Source: Nitrospinaceae bacterium
GTDB taxonomy: Bacteria > Nitrospinota > Nitrospinia > Nitrospinales > VA-1
Length of the DNA: 64,000 bases
Direction of reading: 5' to 3'
NCBI GenBank assembly: GCA_046754465.1
Contig: JBHHVU010000010.1
Span: 1-64,000 of the forward strand
Shown here: positions 19,539 to 29,817 of the stretch, one piece after another
How positions within the stretch are numbered: position 1 is the first letter of the stretch
How the letters are laid out: each line of letters opens with the position of its first letter
Translations under genes and position numbers: made by a program
Notes under the pieces: generated by a model
What the model saw: the letters and a program-made list of their open reading frames with translations, nothing else
What the model was told of the DNA's origin: nothing
The model's database searches: none

Positions 19539-21119
19539 ATGAATAATCTGGTGTCACTTTCCGGCTGGCTGGCTTTGTTTTTCGGATTCGCGGCCCTGTT
19601 CTTTTATATTGTGGTTCCCGACCAGACGATATTGATATTGTCCCTCACGGGGGTCGGGCTGGTGAATGCCCTGTTTATAATGATTGTGAATCGGCAGGCC
19701 ATCCGGCGTGGATTGAAAACACGCACGGCGTTGCACGGGGTGAACACGGTAGTCCTCATCGTGGTCTTCCTGGGGCTCCTCATTTTCATCAACCTGCTTT
19801 CCTATCGCCACAAACATCGATTCGATTTGACTGCCACGGGATATTTTACCCTCGCCCCACAAACCCGTAAACTCGTATCGAACCTCCCGCGTGAAGTGAC
19901 CATAACCGCGTTTTTCCAGACCGACTCCCCCAATAAAACCCAGTTTAAAAACCTGATTGACGGCTACCTGGGATTGACGGACAAGATCAAATTGGCCTTC
20001 GTCGATCCAGACAAAAACCCCGCCATCATCAAACGATATGGGGTGACTACCTACGGAACCATTGTCCTCGAAAGCGGAAAAAAAGAAACCAAGGTGCAAA
20101 ATCCAACGGAGGAAAACCTCACGAACAGTATTTTGAAAGTCATCAAGGATGAAAAGAAAACGGTCTATTTTCTGGAAGGGCACGGGGAACGGGATCTCGA
20201 TAAATCCGAGGGAGAAGGATACGGCAACGTCAAAAAATCCCTGGAACGGGACGGATTCAAGGTGGAGAAACTGCTCCTGCTGAAATCCGGAACCGTTCCC
20301 AAGGACGCCGATGTGGTGGTGATGGCCGGACCCAAAAAGCCCATCCTCGTCAAGGAACAGAAAGCTCTTGGCGATTACCTCGCCATGGGGGGATCGGTCT
20401 TTATCCTGGTCGATCCGCAATCGGAATTTCAGATGGAAGATTTTCTCCTCAAATGGGGTGTCGTGTTGAAGAATGATATCGTCATCGACCCCTTGTCCAA
20501 GTTGTTTGGCGGCGATTATGCCGCTCCCGTGGTCAATCAATACACTTTTCATGACATCACCAAGGATTTTGGGCTTCCCACGATCTATCCGGTGGTACGC
20601 TCCGTGACCGCCCGGAAGGTAGAGGGGGTTGAGACGACGGAATTGCTTCAGTCCGGCGCCAACAGTTGGGGCGAGACCGATCTGAACGCGGAAAAGGTTC
20701 AATACAATGAAGGGATAGACGAGAAAGGGCCGGTGCCGCTGGCCGTGGTCGTGACACGGGAAATTGAATCCGCTGGCAAAAAGGATAAAAACGGCCCCAC
20801 TGGATCGGAGAAGAAAATCGATGCGGCGGAGAAAAAAGAATCCGGTCCCAAGGCCCATTTGATAGTGATCGGCGATTCGGATTTTGCCAGCAACAATTAC
20901 GTTAATTTCACGGGCAATGGGGACTTTTTTCTGAACATCGTTTCCTGGTTGGCGGAGGAGGAGAATCTGATCTCCATCCGCTCCAGGGAACGAAAAGATA
21001 CGCCGATCCAATTGACCCGCGAGTGGGGCAGTACTATTTTTCTGATGGGCACCATCGTGTTTCCCGGCTGCGTGGTCATCGTGGGACTGAGAAAGTGGTG
21101 GAGGAGACGGCGTTTATGA
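19539..21119 (+). CDS. GldG-family ABC auxiliary protein
   Basis: RFDLT....FTL..QT, VYFLEGHGE, IVIGDSDFASN, GNGDFFLN.VSWL. Confidence 0.92.
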   Translation: MNNLVSLSGWLALFFGFAALFFYIVVPDQTILILSLTGVGLVNALFIMIVNRQAIRRGLKTRTALHGVNTVVLIVVFLGLLIFINLLSYRHKHRFDLTATGYFTLAPQTRKLVSNLPREVTITAFFQTDSPNKTQFKNLIDGYLGLTDKIKLAFVDPDKNPAIIKRYGVTTYGTIVLESGKKETKVQNPTEENLTNSILKVIKDEKKTVYFLEGHGERDLDKSEGEGYGNVKKSLERDGFKVEKLLLLKSGTVPKDADVVVMAGPKKPILVKEQKALGDYLAMGGSVFILVDPQSEFQMEDFLLKWGVVLKNDIVIDPLSKLFGGDYAAPVVNQYTFHDITKDFGLPTIYPVVRSVTARKVEGVETTELLQSGANSWGETDLNAEKVQYNEGIDEKGPVPLAVVVTREIESAGKKDKNGPTGSEKKIDAAEKKESGPKAHLIVIGDSDFASNNYVNFTGNGDFFLNIVSWLAEEENLISIRSRERKDTPIQLTREWGSTIFLMGTIVFPGCVVIVGLRKWWRRRRL

Positions 21120-22876
21120 AATTCAAGGGAACGATCTGGCTGAGCGCGGCTTTTTTCGGCATCGTTCTTTACTACTTCTTGGTCGATCTGCCCACTGAAA
21201 AAAAACATAAGGAAGAGAAAGAGCGTTCGGAAAAAGTTCTCCTTTTCGACAGGAAGGATGTCGAAGGATTTTCTCTCACCAAGGGAGAACAAACGCTGCA
21301 ACTGCAACGGAAGGGGGAGGAAGGATGGAAACTCCTGCAACCCCTGAAAGCCGAGGCCGATAAGGAAGCCGCCGCGTCTTATCTGTCCCGGCTTGAAGAC
21401 GCACGGTTCTCCCGGGTCGTTGAGGAGTCCCCAAAAGATCCCGCCGTATACGGACTGAAAACTCCCTCTCTCAAAATCACCCTAAAATTGAAAGGCCAGG
21501 GCGAGAAGACCCTGTTGGTTGGGGACGAAAACCCGATGCGGAATTACCTGTATGTCCAGCGGGAAGGAGAAAAGAAGGTGCTCCTGGCCACGGTTTTCCG
21601 GAAAGACCTGGACCGGAGCCTTTTCGATTTGCGTGATAAAACCCTTCTGGATTTCGAGAATGAGGCGGTCCGGAAGATAAAGTTCCTGGCCGGCGAAAGT
21701 TCCTTCGATTTGGTTAAAAACGAGAAACAGTGGGAAATTGTCAAGCCGGTCCGGACCAAGGCCGATCCCAATGAGGTCCGGAGGTTTCTCAATTCCGTGA
21801 AGTTCTCGAGGATCAGGGAATTCGTGGAGGAAAAACCGGAAACGCTGACCCCCTTTGGTTTGGATACCCCCGTGATTCAGCTGGTCCTGGAAATCGGAAA
21901 GGAAGCTAAAACCTTGTCCCTTTTGGTGGGAAACCAAAAGAACGAGGCTGGGTTTTTTGGAAAAACCGGCGATGCTTCCAACGTGGTCCTGCTGGGCAAG
22001 AACCTGGTTGAAACCCTCACCAAGAAACCCGTCGATTTCATGGATAAAATCCTCCTGGAGTTCAAGGAGGACGATGTGGCTCAAATCCAACTCCGGTCCC
22101 CAAAAGAGGAAATCGAAGTGGTGCGCGATAAGGACGAACCCTCCCTTTGGAAACTCGTCAAACCCAAAGCCTCCCGGGCGGATACCGCGGCGTTGAATAA
22201 TCTCTTGTTGGATTTGAAGGAGGCGCGGATCAAGGAGTTTGTCAAAATATCGATGCAAGATCCCTCGCTTTTCGGACTGGACCGGCCGGTTAAGGAACTC
22301 ACCCTCCATTGGAAAAAAGGGGCGCCCTGGACTCTTAAACTGGGGAACAAGTCCACGGACGGAAAGTATTATTTCGCCGGCCGGACAGGAGATTCGACAG
22401 TGTTCATGGTTTCCGGGGAAACGGTATCCAAAATCTTTCCCTCCCTTCACGCCCTGAAATATAAAAAACTGCTCAGCTTCAAGAGCGATGATGTCCATCG
22501 TATCCTGATTGAAACTCCCAAAAAAACCTTCGAGCTTCGCCAGAATAAAAAGAACTGGGACCTGTTGCAGCCTGAAAAAATCAAATCCCTGAAAGCATTT
22601 CAAGGGAAAGACATCCTCTGGACCCTGAGAAACCTGGAATATGAGTCGATCGTTGAACCGCCCCTGAGCGATCAGGAGTCGGGGCTGGATAATCCCCGTC
22701 TCGCGGTAAGTATTTGGAAGGGAAAAAACCGGAAAATCGCGAAGATCCTGGTGGGAAATTCCGTAAAAGACCGGTCCTTTTATTACGCCAGGGTGGAAGG
22801 GCAACCCTCCCTTTATATTATTAAGTCCCGGTTTTTGGACGAGATTCCGCGGGATTTGAAAAAATTCAAAAGTTGA
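21116..22876 (+). CDS. DUF4340 repeat-containing protein
   Basis: Repeated W....P...AD......L....../(Y/F)GL..P units; typical position after GldG. Confidence 0.85.
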   Translation: MKFKGTIWLSAAFFGIVLYYFLVDLPTEKKHKEEKERSEKVLLFDRKDVEGFSLTKGEQTLQLQRKGEEGWKLLQPLKAEADKEAAASYLSRLEDARFSRVVEESPKDPAVYGLKTPSLKITLKLKGQGEKTLLVGDENPMRNYLYVQREGEKKVLLATVFRKDLDRSLFDLRDKTLLDFENEAVRKIKFLAGESSFDLVKNEKQWEIVKPVRTKADPNEVRRFLNSVKFSRIREFVEEKPETLTPFGLDTPVIQLVLEIGKEAKTLSLLVGNQKNEAGFFGKTGDASNVVLLGKNLVETLTKKPVDFMDKILLEFKEDDVAQIQLRSPKEEIEVVRDKDEPSLWKLVKPKASRADTAALNNLLLDLKEARIKEFVKISMQDPSLFGLDRPVKELTLHWKKGAPWTLKLGNKSTDGKYYFAGRTGDSTVFMVSGETVSKIFPSLHALKYKKLLSFKSDDVHRILIETPKKTFELRQNKKNWDLLQPEKIKSLKAFQGKDILWTLRNLEYESIVEPPLSDQESGLDNPRLAVSIWKGKNRKIAKILVGNSVKDRSFYYARVEGQPSLYIIKSRFLDEIPRDLKKFKS

Positions 22877-23206
22877 ATTCCTTTCTTTCACCCTTTCCTG
22901 GAACCACCTCCCGACAGTCCGGCAATCCTGAAATCCTGGAATTCGCGAAGTATTACAAATCCTCAGGCCCTTCCTGGTTATCCTACCTATCATATTGAAA
23001 GGAATTCCCCGTAATTCCGACATCTTAAAGAATTGCCGTTAAAACAGGAAATCCGCCTGGCCGGGGAAAAGGTAAAAAATTTCGGTGTATCCGATGATAA
23101 AGATCTTCCCTTGGAGAGGATGCCGAGGGCAGGACCCGTCCTTTCCCCCCGGTTGAATCCCTTAACGGATTCCCCGGAGGTTTTTCTGGCAGAAAGGAGC
23201 GTTCCC

Positions 23207-23572
23207 ATGACTAAACTGGAAACCATAGAATTGCTCGTTCAAAACATTCCCTGTCCCGTCTGCATGAATTCCCGATTCGAAATCAAACTGAGTTGTGATC
23301 TTCCCAGGTCACCCTGCGATTTTTATGCGGTTTGCGGACATTGTACTTATAAGTTCGTGGTCACCGAGGATTTCAAATCCAAGGGTAACCTGCTGGAGAG
23401 TGTGAAGAGGCATATAGAAAGATCCGGTTGTCCCAAGTGTGGGAGCAAACGGTTGGAAACGGAATTTTTGTGCGATCTGGGATCGGAAGATTGCTTTTTC
23501 CTCGTCAGGTGCGAGGAAAATAATCACTACAGCCGCATCAATCAAGGCGGTATCCGTTATCTTTTTAACTGA
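23207..23572 (+). CDS. Cys-rich duplicated zinc-ribbon protein
   Basis: Two repeats, CPVC..CDL...C....C and CPKC..CDL...C....C; RBS AAAGGAG. Confidence 0.8.
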   Translation: MTKLETIELLVQNIPCPVCMNSRFEIKLSCDLPRSPCDFYAVCGHCTYKFVVTEDFKSKGNLLESVKRHIERSGCPKCGSKRLETEFLCDLGSEDCFFLVRCEENNHYSRINQGGIRYLFN

Positions 23573-24450
23573 CACCATCAAAAAGTTCCCTTGCGCCAAC
23601 TCAGATTAGAGGTCGCCGAAAAGGGCGGGATTTTTCTCCGCCCCCCAACCGGGAACCATTAAGCTCGTCCGCGTCCAACCTCCAAATTCCTGTTATATTA
23701 TTCCCTCCTGGGCAAAGGTTTGCCCGGCGGCTCGGTCTCTTGACCCTAATTTTTCCCGCCCACAAGGGATATTTTTCCCCATATAAAAGTTTTGCCCAAA
23801 GATTCCCGGAGGGGGGCCCTCGAACCTTAAATTTTTCCAACAATTTTTGTAATGATTGATGGATAATCGCGACCGGACCCATGAAGGCGGTGGCGTTCCA
23901 CCGGCTGGACCACCCGGACACGAACCATGGAAGACGTTCGGTGAAGGTGGAGACCCAGAGAAAGTGTGAGTTGCAAAGGGGGTGGAGTAAAAGTCAGGGT
24001 CATGACGTCCATTACCGCCTGATGCAGCTTCACCCAATGGTTCATTCAGAATCAAGAAGACCCAAAACATTTTCCACCCTTTGAACATTGCATCCACCTC
24101 CCGTGGGATGACGTTAACCTGCATCAGGTCCTGAAGGTTAAAGGTTTTGGTTTGAGGTCCTTCTCCGCCGGGCTTTCATTAATGAATCCGGGGCGGGAGA
24201 ACCCCTGGCTCCGGTTCGGAGCAGGTATAAAGGGAAGGCCTGAGGACACTCCCCTGGCAACATTTCACTTCCGGAAAGAGGTGTTGCCGTTTAGTTTCCT
24301 TGGCCCCTATATATGGAAATTTTCATATCATTGCATACATCATATTGTGGGTAACGGGAGTTTTCGGTTCTCAGGAAATTATTTTTTCCGTTTAACCATT
24401 TGAATTTAAAGGTATATTTCTACTTATGCGCCCCGGGCCCAAATTATCTC

Positions 24451-24503
24451 TTGACAGGTACTATATGTGGTGGTACCGTTCACTCGGCACACTACATAAA
24501 GGG
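24451..24503 (+). promoter_or_regulatory. Sigma70 promoter with tandem NrdR boxes
   Basis: TTGACA-N17-TACCGT; boxes GTACTATATGTGGTGG (24458-24473) and ACACTACATAAAGGG (24489-24503), 31 bp apart; consensus acaCwAtATaTwGtg. Confidence 0.75.
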
Positions 24504-24643
24504 ATTTATGTTGATTTTGATTAGTACGGAAGGTAAGGTTTATCCGTATAGGTTTTTAATATTCAGGTGAATATAGGAATGCCGTTGAAATGCTCATCGG
24601 TATCAGGAGCTTCCACCGGCGGGTTACTAGAAGAGAGGTCTCC

Positions 24644-24916
24644 ATGTTTAATGAGATGCATCCTCCGTCGAAAATCCTTGAAAAAGGAGCCTTGAAGGCA
24701 GGGATGTACGCCAGTCTCAAACCCCTTCCCAAACCCCCAAATGCAATGAGCGCCAGCCGAATCCTCCGTTGTTCTCGGCAGAAGAGTTCCTCCCAATCGG
24801 CGTATAATGGAGCCCCTTTTTACCGCCAGATGTTGGCCGTAGAGGTTTCTCTAGGCGAAATAGTAACCCGCCTCCTTTCTTATTTTTTGAAACGCCCCGC
24901 CTGGTCCCGGCCCTGA
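24644..24916 (+). CDS. Hypothetical 90-aa protein downstream of the NrdR boxes
   Basis: RBS GAGAGG then ATG; amphipathic C-terminal segment; no known motif. Confidence 0.45.
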   Translation: MFNEMHPPSKILEKGALKAGMYASLKPLPKPPNAMSASRILRCSRQKSSSQSAYNGAPFYRQMLAVEVSLGEIVTRLLSYFLKRPAWSRP

Positions 24917-25211
24917 TGCGCGGCTTCGTGCTGTCCTCTTGTCAAGGGCGGGTTTTGGGTTTTTCGTGGATTAACCGGGTGAGGGAATCCGGGTAAAGGC
25001 GGCGGCGTTTTTTCATGCCTCAAATTTGTCAGTAAGTTAGCCGGTCCCCATTCATGACGGAATTCCGGTCCCCCCCCCCACCCCTCTGAGGGCAGGGTTC
25101 CCCCTGGGTCCGAATTCGGACGTTGAATCCACTTTTGTCTTAACATTCATTCCACTCTGTAGTAAAAGTTTTCCAACCAGCAAAATTGAAATAGAGGAGT
25201 GAGGCACCGTC

Positions 25212-25643
25212 ATGGGGGAAAGGTCATCACGGTCGGTCTGTGAGGTTTCCGGGCAATTTGTCCCCGTTTATATCCATCCTGGAGATGCAGGGGCGGATCT
25301 GCGTTCCGTGGTTAATGACGAGATCCCCGCCCGGGGCAGGAAATTGATTCCCACCGGAATCCGCCTCAAATTGCCTCCAGGGCATGTGGGGTTGATCTGG
25401 CCCCGCAGCGGGCTGGCAGTCCATCATTCCCTCGATTGCGGAGCGGGGGTGATCGATGCCTCTTACCGGGGGGAAATCAAAGTCCTGATATTTAACCATT
25501 CGGATGAGGCTTTCCAGATCCGGGCCGGGGACCGGATCGCACAACTTTTGGTGCAAAAAGTGGAACGGGTTGAATTCGTCCGGGTGGATGATCTGGAAGA
25601 TTCGAGCCGCGGGGGGAACGGGTTCGGTTCCACGGGAAAATGA
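25212..25643 (+). CDS. dut: dUTP diphosphatase
   Basis: AGADL, PRSGLA, GVIDASYRGEI, GDRIAQL, RGGNGFGSTG. Confidence 0.96.
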   Translation: MGERSSRSVCEVSGQFVPVYIHPGDAGADLRSVVNDEIPARGRKLIPTGIRLKLPPGHVGLIWPRSGLAVHHSLDCGAGVIDASYRGEIKVLIFNHSDEAFQIRAGDRIAQLLVQKVERVEFVRVDDLEDSSRGGNGFGSTGK

Positions 25644-26170
25644 AGATCCGCTTAAAAGATTCCGAGATCGAACTGATCCAGGGAGATATCACTGAAAGCG
25701 CGACACAAGCCATTGTTAACGCGGCCAATTCCAATTTGATTCTCGGCGGGGGGGTTGCCGGGGCCATCAGGAGAAAAGGGGGACCGGTCATTCAGCAGGA
25801 ATGCAATGCCCACGGCCCCTGTCCCGTGGGGGAGGCGGCGGTGACCTCGGGGGGCGCCCTGAAGGCAAAATTCGTGATCCACGCCGTCGGACCCCGTTGG
25901 GGGGAGGGAGATGAGGAAAACAAACTCCGCGATGCCGCGCTCAATAGCCTGAAACGCGCCGAAGAAAAGGAAATAGAGTCTATTACCTTTCCCGCGATCA
26001 GCACTGGAATTTTCGGATTTCCCCTGGAACTTGCGGCTCGCATCTTGCTTCAAACTGTGAAAGAATACTTATTGGGAACTACGAAAATCAAAAGAGTCGT
26101 TTTTGCGTTGTTTGATAGGAAAAGTATGGCGGTGTTTCAAAAAATGCTTCAATCCCTGGGAGAGGGTTGA
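25640..26170 (+). CDS. Macro-domain protein (O-acetyl-ADP-ribose deacetylase-like)
   Basis: GDIT, IVNAAN..L..GGGVAGAI, VIHAVGP, FPAISTGIFGFP. Confidence 0.94.
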   Translation: MKIRLKDSEIELIQGDITESATQAIVNAANSNLILGGGVAGAIRRKGGPVIQQECNAHGPCPVGEAAVTSGGALKAKFVIHAVGPRWGEGDEENKLRDAALNSLKRAEEKEIESITFPAISTGIFGFPLELAARILLQTVKEYLLGTTKIKRVVFALFDRKSMAVFQKMLQSLGEG

Positions 26171-26264
26171 ACCATTTGGCCGCGGATTGAATCTAAATTA
26201 AAAAGGTTTTTTTAATTTAAGAGATAATAATGATGACGGTTTGAGTTTTGCCGGGGAGATTGTC

Positions 26265-26963
26265 ATGGGCCCGTTCAGCGCCTGGGTGAAAAAAATTTTT
26301 GGAAGTAACAATAATAAAAAAGAAGAACCCGCCGGTGGTCAAGACCCTCCCCTCCAGGACTCCAAGGAATCCCAATTTAAAGTCGTCCGGGTGCAACCCA
26401 CGCCCAACCCGGACGCGTTTCAATTCATCATGAATGGGCCCGTGATTGCATCGGGAACAAAAACCTTCAGTTCCGCGGACGAGGCTCAGGGAGACCCCTT
26501 GGGCATGGCCTTATTCGAGATCTTCGGGGTCGAAAATGTTTTCCTGAGGGAAAACTTCGTGACCATCACCAAGTCCAAGGTGGTAGGCTGGCACACGGTC
26601 ATGGAAAAACTGGGGGATACGATCGAAGACCATTTGACCTTCTATCCGGAAACCGGTACCGCGCCAGGGATTCCAAAAGATACTCATCCCATCCTGGATA
26701 AATTCAAAAAGGAAGATTTCATCCATTGCTCCGACATTGAGAAAACCCAGATCATTGAGGCGTTGCTGGATATCGCCGTGCGCCCGGCCCTGACCAACGA
26801 TGGAGGGGGAATCAATATTCTGGGGATCGAAGGCAACGTGGTCAAAATTCATTACCAGGGTGCCTGCGGCAGTTGTCCGAGTTCCACCACCGGGACTCTC
26901 ACCTATATCGAAAACTTTTTAAAAGAAGCCATCCATCCCGATATAGAGGTCCTGGCCGCCTAG
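26265..26963 (+). CDS. Nfu/NifU-like Fe-S carrier (Nfu_N plus NifU C domain)
   Basis: PTPNPDA..F, VRPAL.NDGG, YQGACGSCPSS. Confidence 0.92.
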   Translation: MGPFSAWVKKIFGSNNNKKEEPAGGQDPPLQDSKESQFKVVRVQPTPNPDAFQFIMNGPVIASGTKTFSSADEAQGDPLGMALFEIFGVENVFLRENFVTITKSKVVGWHTVMEKLGDTIEDHLTFYPETGTAPGIPKDTHPILDKFKKEDFIHCSDIEKTQIIEALLDIAVRPALTNDGGGINILGIEGNVVKIHYQGACGSCPSSTTGTLTYIENFLKEAIHPDIEVLAA

Positions 26964-26997
26964 AATCAGCAGACCTTCCGATAATTTTCCCGCCCTT

Positions 26998-27582
26998 TCA
27001 AAACCATTTGCTGGAAAGTTTTGGAGGTTCGTAGGAAAGGATATAGTCCAAGGCCCCTTGTGGATCGGGTTTTACAGCGAACAAGGCCAGACTTTCCTTT
27101 TTCGCGAACTTCAAGTCCACCATTTCCCGCAGGTTGGAAATCAGCCCATCATAAAAATGGTTGGTGTTGATAAACACCAACGCCTTGTCCGTGAGTTTGA
27201 GCTGTTTCATGGATAAAATTTCCATGGCTTCTTCCAGGGTTCCAATGCCTCCCGGAAGAGTGATGAACGCGTCGGCCCGTTGATCCATGATGGCCTTCCG
27301 TTCGCGCATATCCCGTGTCACGATCAATTGATCCGCATCCTCATAGGGGATGTCTTTCACCCTGAAAAATTCCGGGAGAACCCCCACAACCTTTCCGCCT
27401 TCCTCGTGAACCCCGCGGGCGACGCATCCCATCAGACCGATGGATGCCCCGCCATAGATCAGATCGATCCCCAGACGTCCTATCCTTCGACCCAAGTCCG
27501 TGGCTGTGTCCCGATACACGGATTCCACCGACTGGCTGGAAGCGCAGAAGACACAAATCGACCGAATTTTCTTTATTTCCAT
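26998..27582 (-). CDS. LOG-family (TIGR00730) nucleotide phosphoribohydrolase
   Basis: ICVFCASS, YGGASIGLMG, MRERK, LPGGIGTLEE. Confidence 0.94.
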   Translation of the reverse strand: MEIKKIRSICVFCASSQSVESVYRDTATDLGRRIGRLGIDLIYGGASIGLMGCVARGVHEEGGKVVGVLPEFFRVKDIPYEDADQLIVTRDMRERKAIMDQRADAFITLPGGIGTLEEAMEILSMKQLKLTDKALVFINTNHFYDGLISNLREMVDLKFAKKESLALFAVKPDPQGALDYILSYEPPKLSSKWF

Positions 27583-28028
27583 CAAAAATCACCCTTGGCG
27601 AATCTCATGATTCGGCCCCTTTCCTGATCCATTAAAAAGACAAGCCCGGCGAAAATTCAAAAAAAATAAATCCCGTTAAAAGCCGGAGGCTGAGGTTTCC
27701 TCGGGGGCCCCCCGCCCCCGGTTTCCACATTCCGCGCCGGCGATAGAATTTTATCCCTAACCAACTGTTTACAAAAGGAATTTTCCTTTCCGCGAAGCGG
27801 GGTGGTGCGCTGAATCAATTCACCTATTACAACCCTCACTGGAAGTCAATGGGTTTGTGATTTTTATCACAATAATTTGTGACCTGCTTCCTTTCGTTTG
27901 GCAGGAAAAAATATATGTTGGAGTGGGAACAAAATTCCCTTCAAAAGGAGACGAGGAGAACGGTTTTTATTCAAAAGGAGACAAAAGGAGAGAACTTGAT
28001 TTGGGAACTTGATTTGGGGAAACGTATT

Positions 28029-28220
28029 ATGATTCATGAAGTGAAGATTATTGGACGGAATGGGAAAGTTAAAAAAATGATTTCCAGTAAGGATTTGAGC
28101 CGAGATCACTGGAAACACTTTAAAGAGTCCACTGACGATGAGAATGTCGTGAAATTGTCCAGGGGTAGAATTTTAAGGTCAATTCGCGAAAAATTGGACT
28201 CGGAATTCCCAGTGGAATAA
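28029..28220 (+). CDS. Small hypothetical protein (start may be 27915)
   Basis: MIHEVKIIGRNGKVKKMISSKDLSRDHW; resembles a small Nitrospina-type family recalled from memory. Confidence 0.55.
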   Translation: MIHEVKIIGRNGKVKKMISSKDLSRDHWKHFKESTDDENVVKLSRGRILRSIREKLDSEFPVE

Positions 28221-28480
28221 AATCCCTTTCCAATAAAATTATTCGTACCTTTTGAAAGGATTGCCCCCCAGTGAACGATGGGGACCGGTTTTGCCAGACC
28301 CCGGGAAGGAAGGGTATACCCTGATTCCCGGGGCTCAAATGCCTGGGCCTTCACGTTGCGGGCATTTGAACGGCCATTCGCGTTTTCCGTTTTCCGTCTC
28401 CGCACTGGACCCTCCTTCCCCCAAAACCGGTGTCCCCTGGCACACCTTGCGGTCACCGAATACCGTTGCGGGGCCGGGTT

Positions 28481-29629
28481 TCATTCTCTTTTATCCGGGG
28501 CAAACAGCTTTTCATATTCGCCGATGGCGTAGCGGTCGGTCATGCCCGAAATATAGTCGCAGATGCGGCGGTTCAGCGGCCCCTGGTACTCGCTTTTCAG
28601 AAGCGCCTCCGGTAAAAGTTCGGGGATCTGCTCGTAGGCCCGGAATATTTCCGTCAGATACATTTTGGCCTTGAATTCCATTCGCCGGACCTTTCGGTGG
28701 GTATACATATTCTTAAAAAGGAACCGTTTGAGTTCCTTGTTTTTTTCTTCGATTTCCGCACTGAAACCGGCGACCCTCGCCCGGGCTTTTCGAACATCGT
28801 CCGCGTGTCCGATTTCGTTTTCCTTTAAGTTCCTGAGAGTGGATTCCCGGAAATCCGTAACCAGGCCGTTGATGATCCTTCGTACGATCTGGTATTTTTT
28901 CAGTTTGAAATCCAGGTTAGAATATTTCCGGTCCAGGAATTCCTCGTTTTCCTTCCAGAGGGCCACCTGTCGCAGTTGGCCGATGTCCAGCAGGTTCGAA
29001 GTGATTCCATCATCGAGGTCATGCGCGTTGTAGGCGATGGCATCGGCGTAGTCGGCCACCTGGGCCTCGAGGGAGGGGTAGCGGAATCCTTCCCCGCCCG
29101 CAAGAGGGTTTTCCTCGTCCTTGAAATGTTTGCTGATGCCTTCCAGAACCTCCCAGGTGAGGTTGAGCCCCTCAAAATCCGGATATCTTTTTTCAAGGAT
29201 TTTGACAATTCGCAGACTTTGTTTGTTGTGTTCGAATCCGCCCTGGTTCTTCATCAAGGTATTCAGGACGTTTTGCCCCGTGTGGCCGAAGGGGGGGTGG
29301 CCTAGGTCGTGGGACAGCGCAATGGCTTCCGCCAGGTCTTCATTCAGTTGTAGGGATTTACAGATCGAGCGGGCGATTTGGGCCACTTCCAGCGAATGGG
29401 TGAGGCGGGTGCGGTAATAGTCGCCCTCGTGATACACAAAAACCTGGGTCTTGTATTCCAATCGCCGGAAGGCGGAGCAATGAATAATCCTATCCCGGTC
29501 CCTTTGAAACCGGGTCCGGTAAGAGTGTTCCTCTTCCTGGTGCTGGCGGCCCCGGCTTTCGCCGCTTTTCACCGCGTAAGGGGCCAGCATGGTGGTTTCC
29601 TGTTGTTCGATGTTCTTGCGGGTAATCAT
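28481..29629 (-). CDS. dgt: dNTP triphosphohydrolase (dGTPase)
   Basis: FQRDRDRIIH..AFRRL.YKTQVF, RTRLTHSLEV, HDLGHPPFGH, DYISGMTD.YA. Confidence 0.96.
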   Translation of the reverse strand: MITRKNIEQQETTMLAPYAVKSGESRGRQHQEEEHSYRTRFQRDRDRIIHCSAFRRLEYKTQVFVYHEGDYYRTRLTHSLEVAQIARSICKSLQLNEDLAEAIALSHDLGHPPFGHTGQNVLNTLMKNQGGFEHNKQSLRIVKILEKRYPDFEGLNLTWEVLEGISKHFKDEENPLAGGEGFRYPSLEAQVADYADAIAYNAHDLDDGITSNLLDIGQLRQVALWKENEEFLDRKYSNLDFKLKKYQIVRRIINGLVTDFRESTLRNLKENEIGHADDVRKARARVAGFSAEIEEKNKELKRFLFKNMYTHRKVRRMEFKAKMYLTEIFRAYEQIPELLPEALLKSEYQGPLNRRICDYISGMTDRYAIGEYEKLFAPDKRE

Positions 29630-29817
29630 TCCAGAAAATTCGATTTGAATTCCTTCCAGCCGGGATACCGGGGCAGCATGAATGCCTCATAGATTACCAC
29701 TGGAGGACGTCCCTTTACAAATTGACCCTGGCAAGTTTTTTTCAGCGGCTCTTTGTCGAGGAAAAATTTTTTTGGGTCCATCCATGGAGAGAGGGAAGAA
29801 GAGGGCGGAACCGGGTC

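Noticed and set aside
19554..23023. Long antisense ORFs (485 and 513 aa; similarly 48192-49430, 51189-52499, 56305-57663, 57716-58975)
   Set aside because: Shadow frames of well-supported genes, with no motifs of their own
23600..24130. Minus-strand ORFs and a c-di-GMP riboswitch-like GGGCAAACC motif
   Set aside because: The ORFs lack protein-like features, and the ATG closest to the RBS stops after 13 codons. The motif is a simple GGGCAAA/TTTGCCC hairpin lacking the GAAA tetraloop and ACGCAAAG elements
25212..29629. Anti-phage nucleotide-depletion island (dut, macro, LOG, dGTPase)
   Set aside because: All are housekeeping-type, single-domain versions on mixed strands with no defence or mobility context
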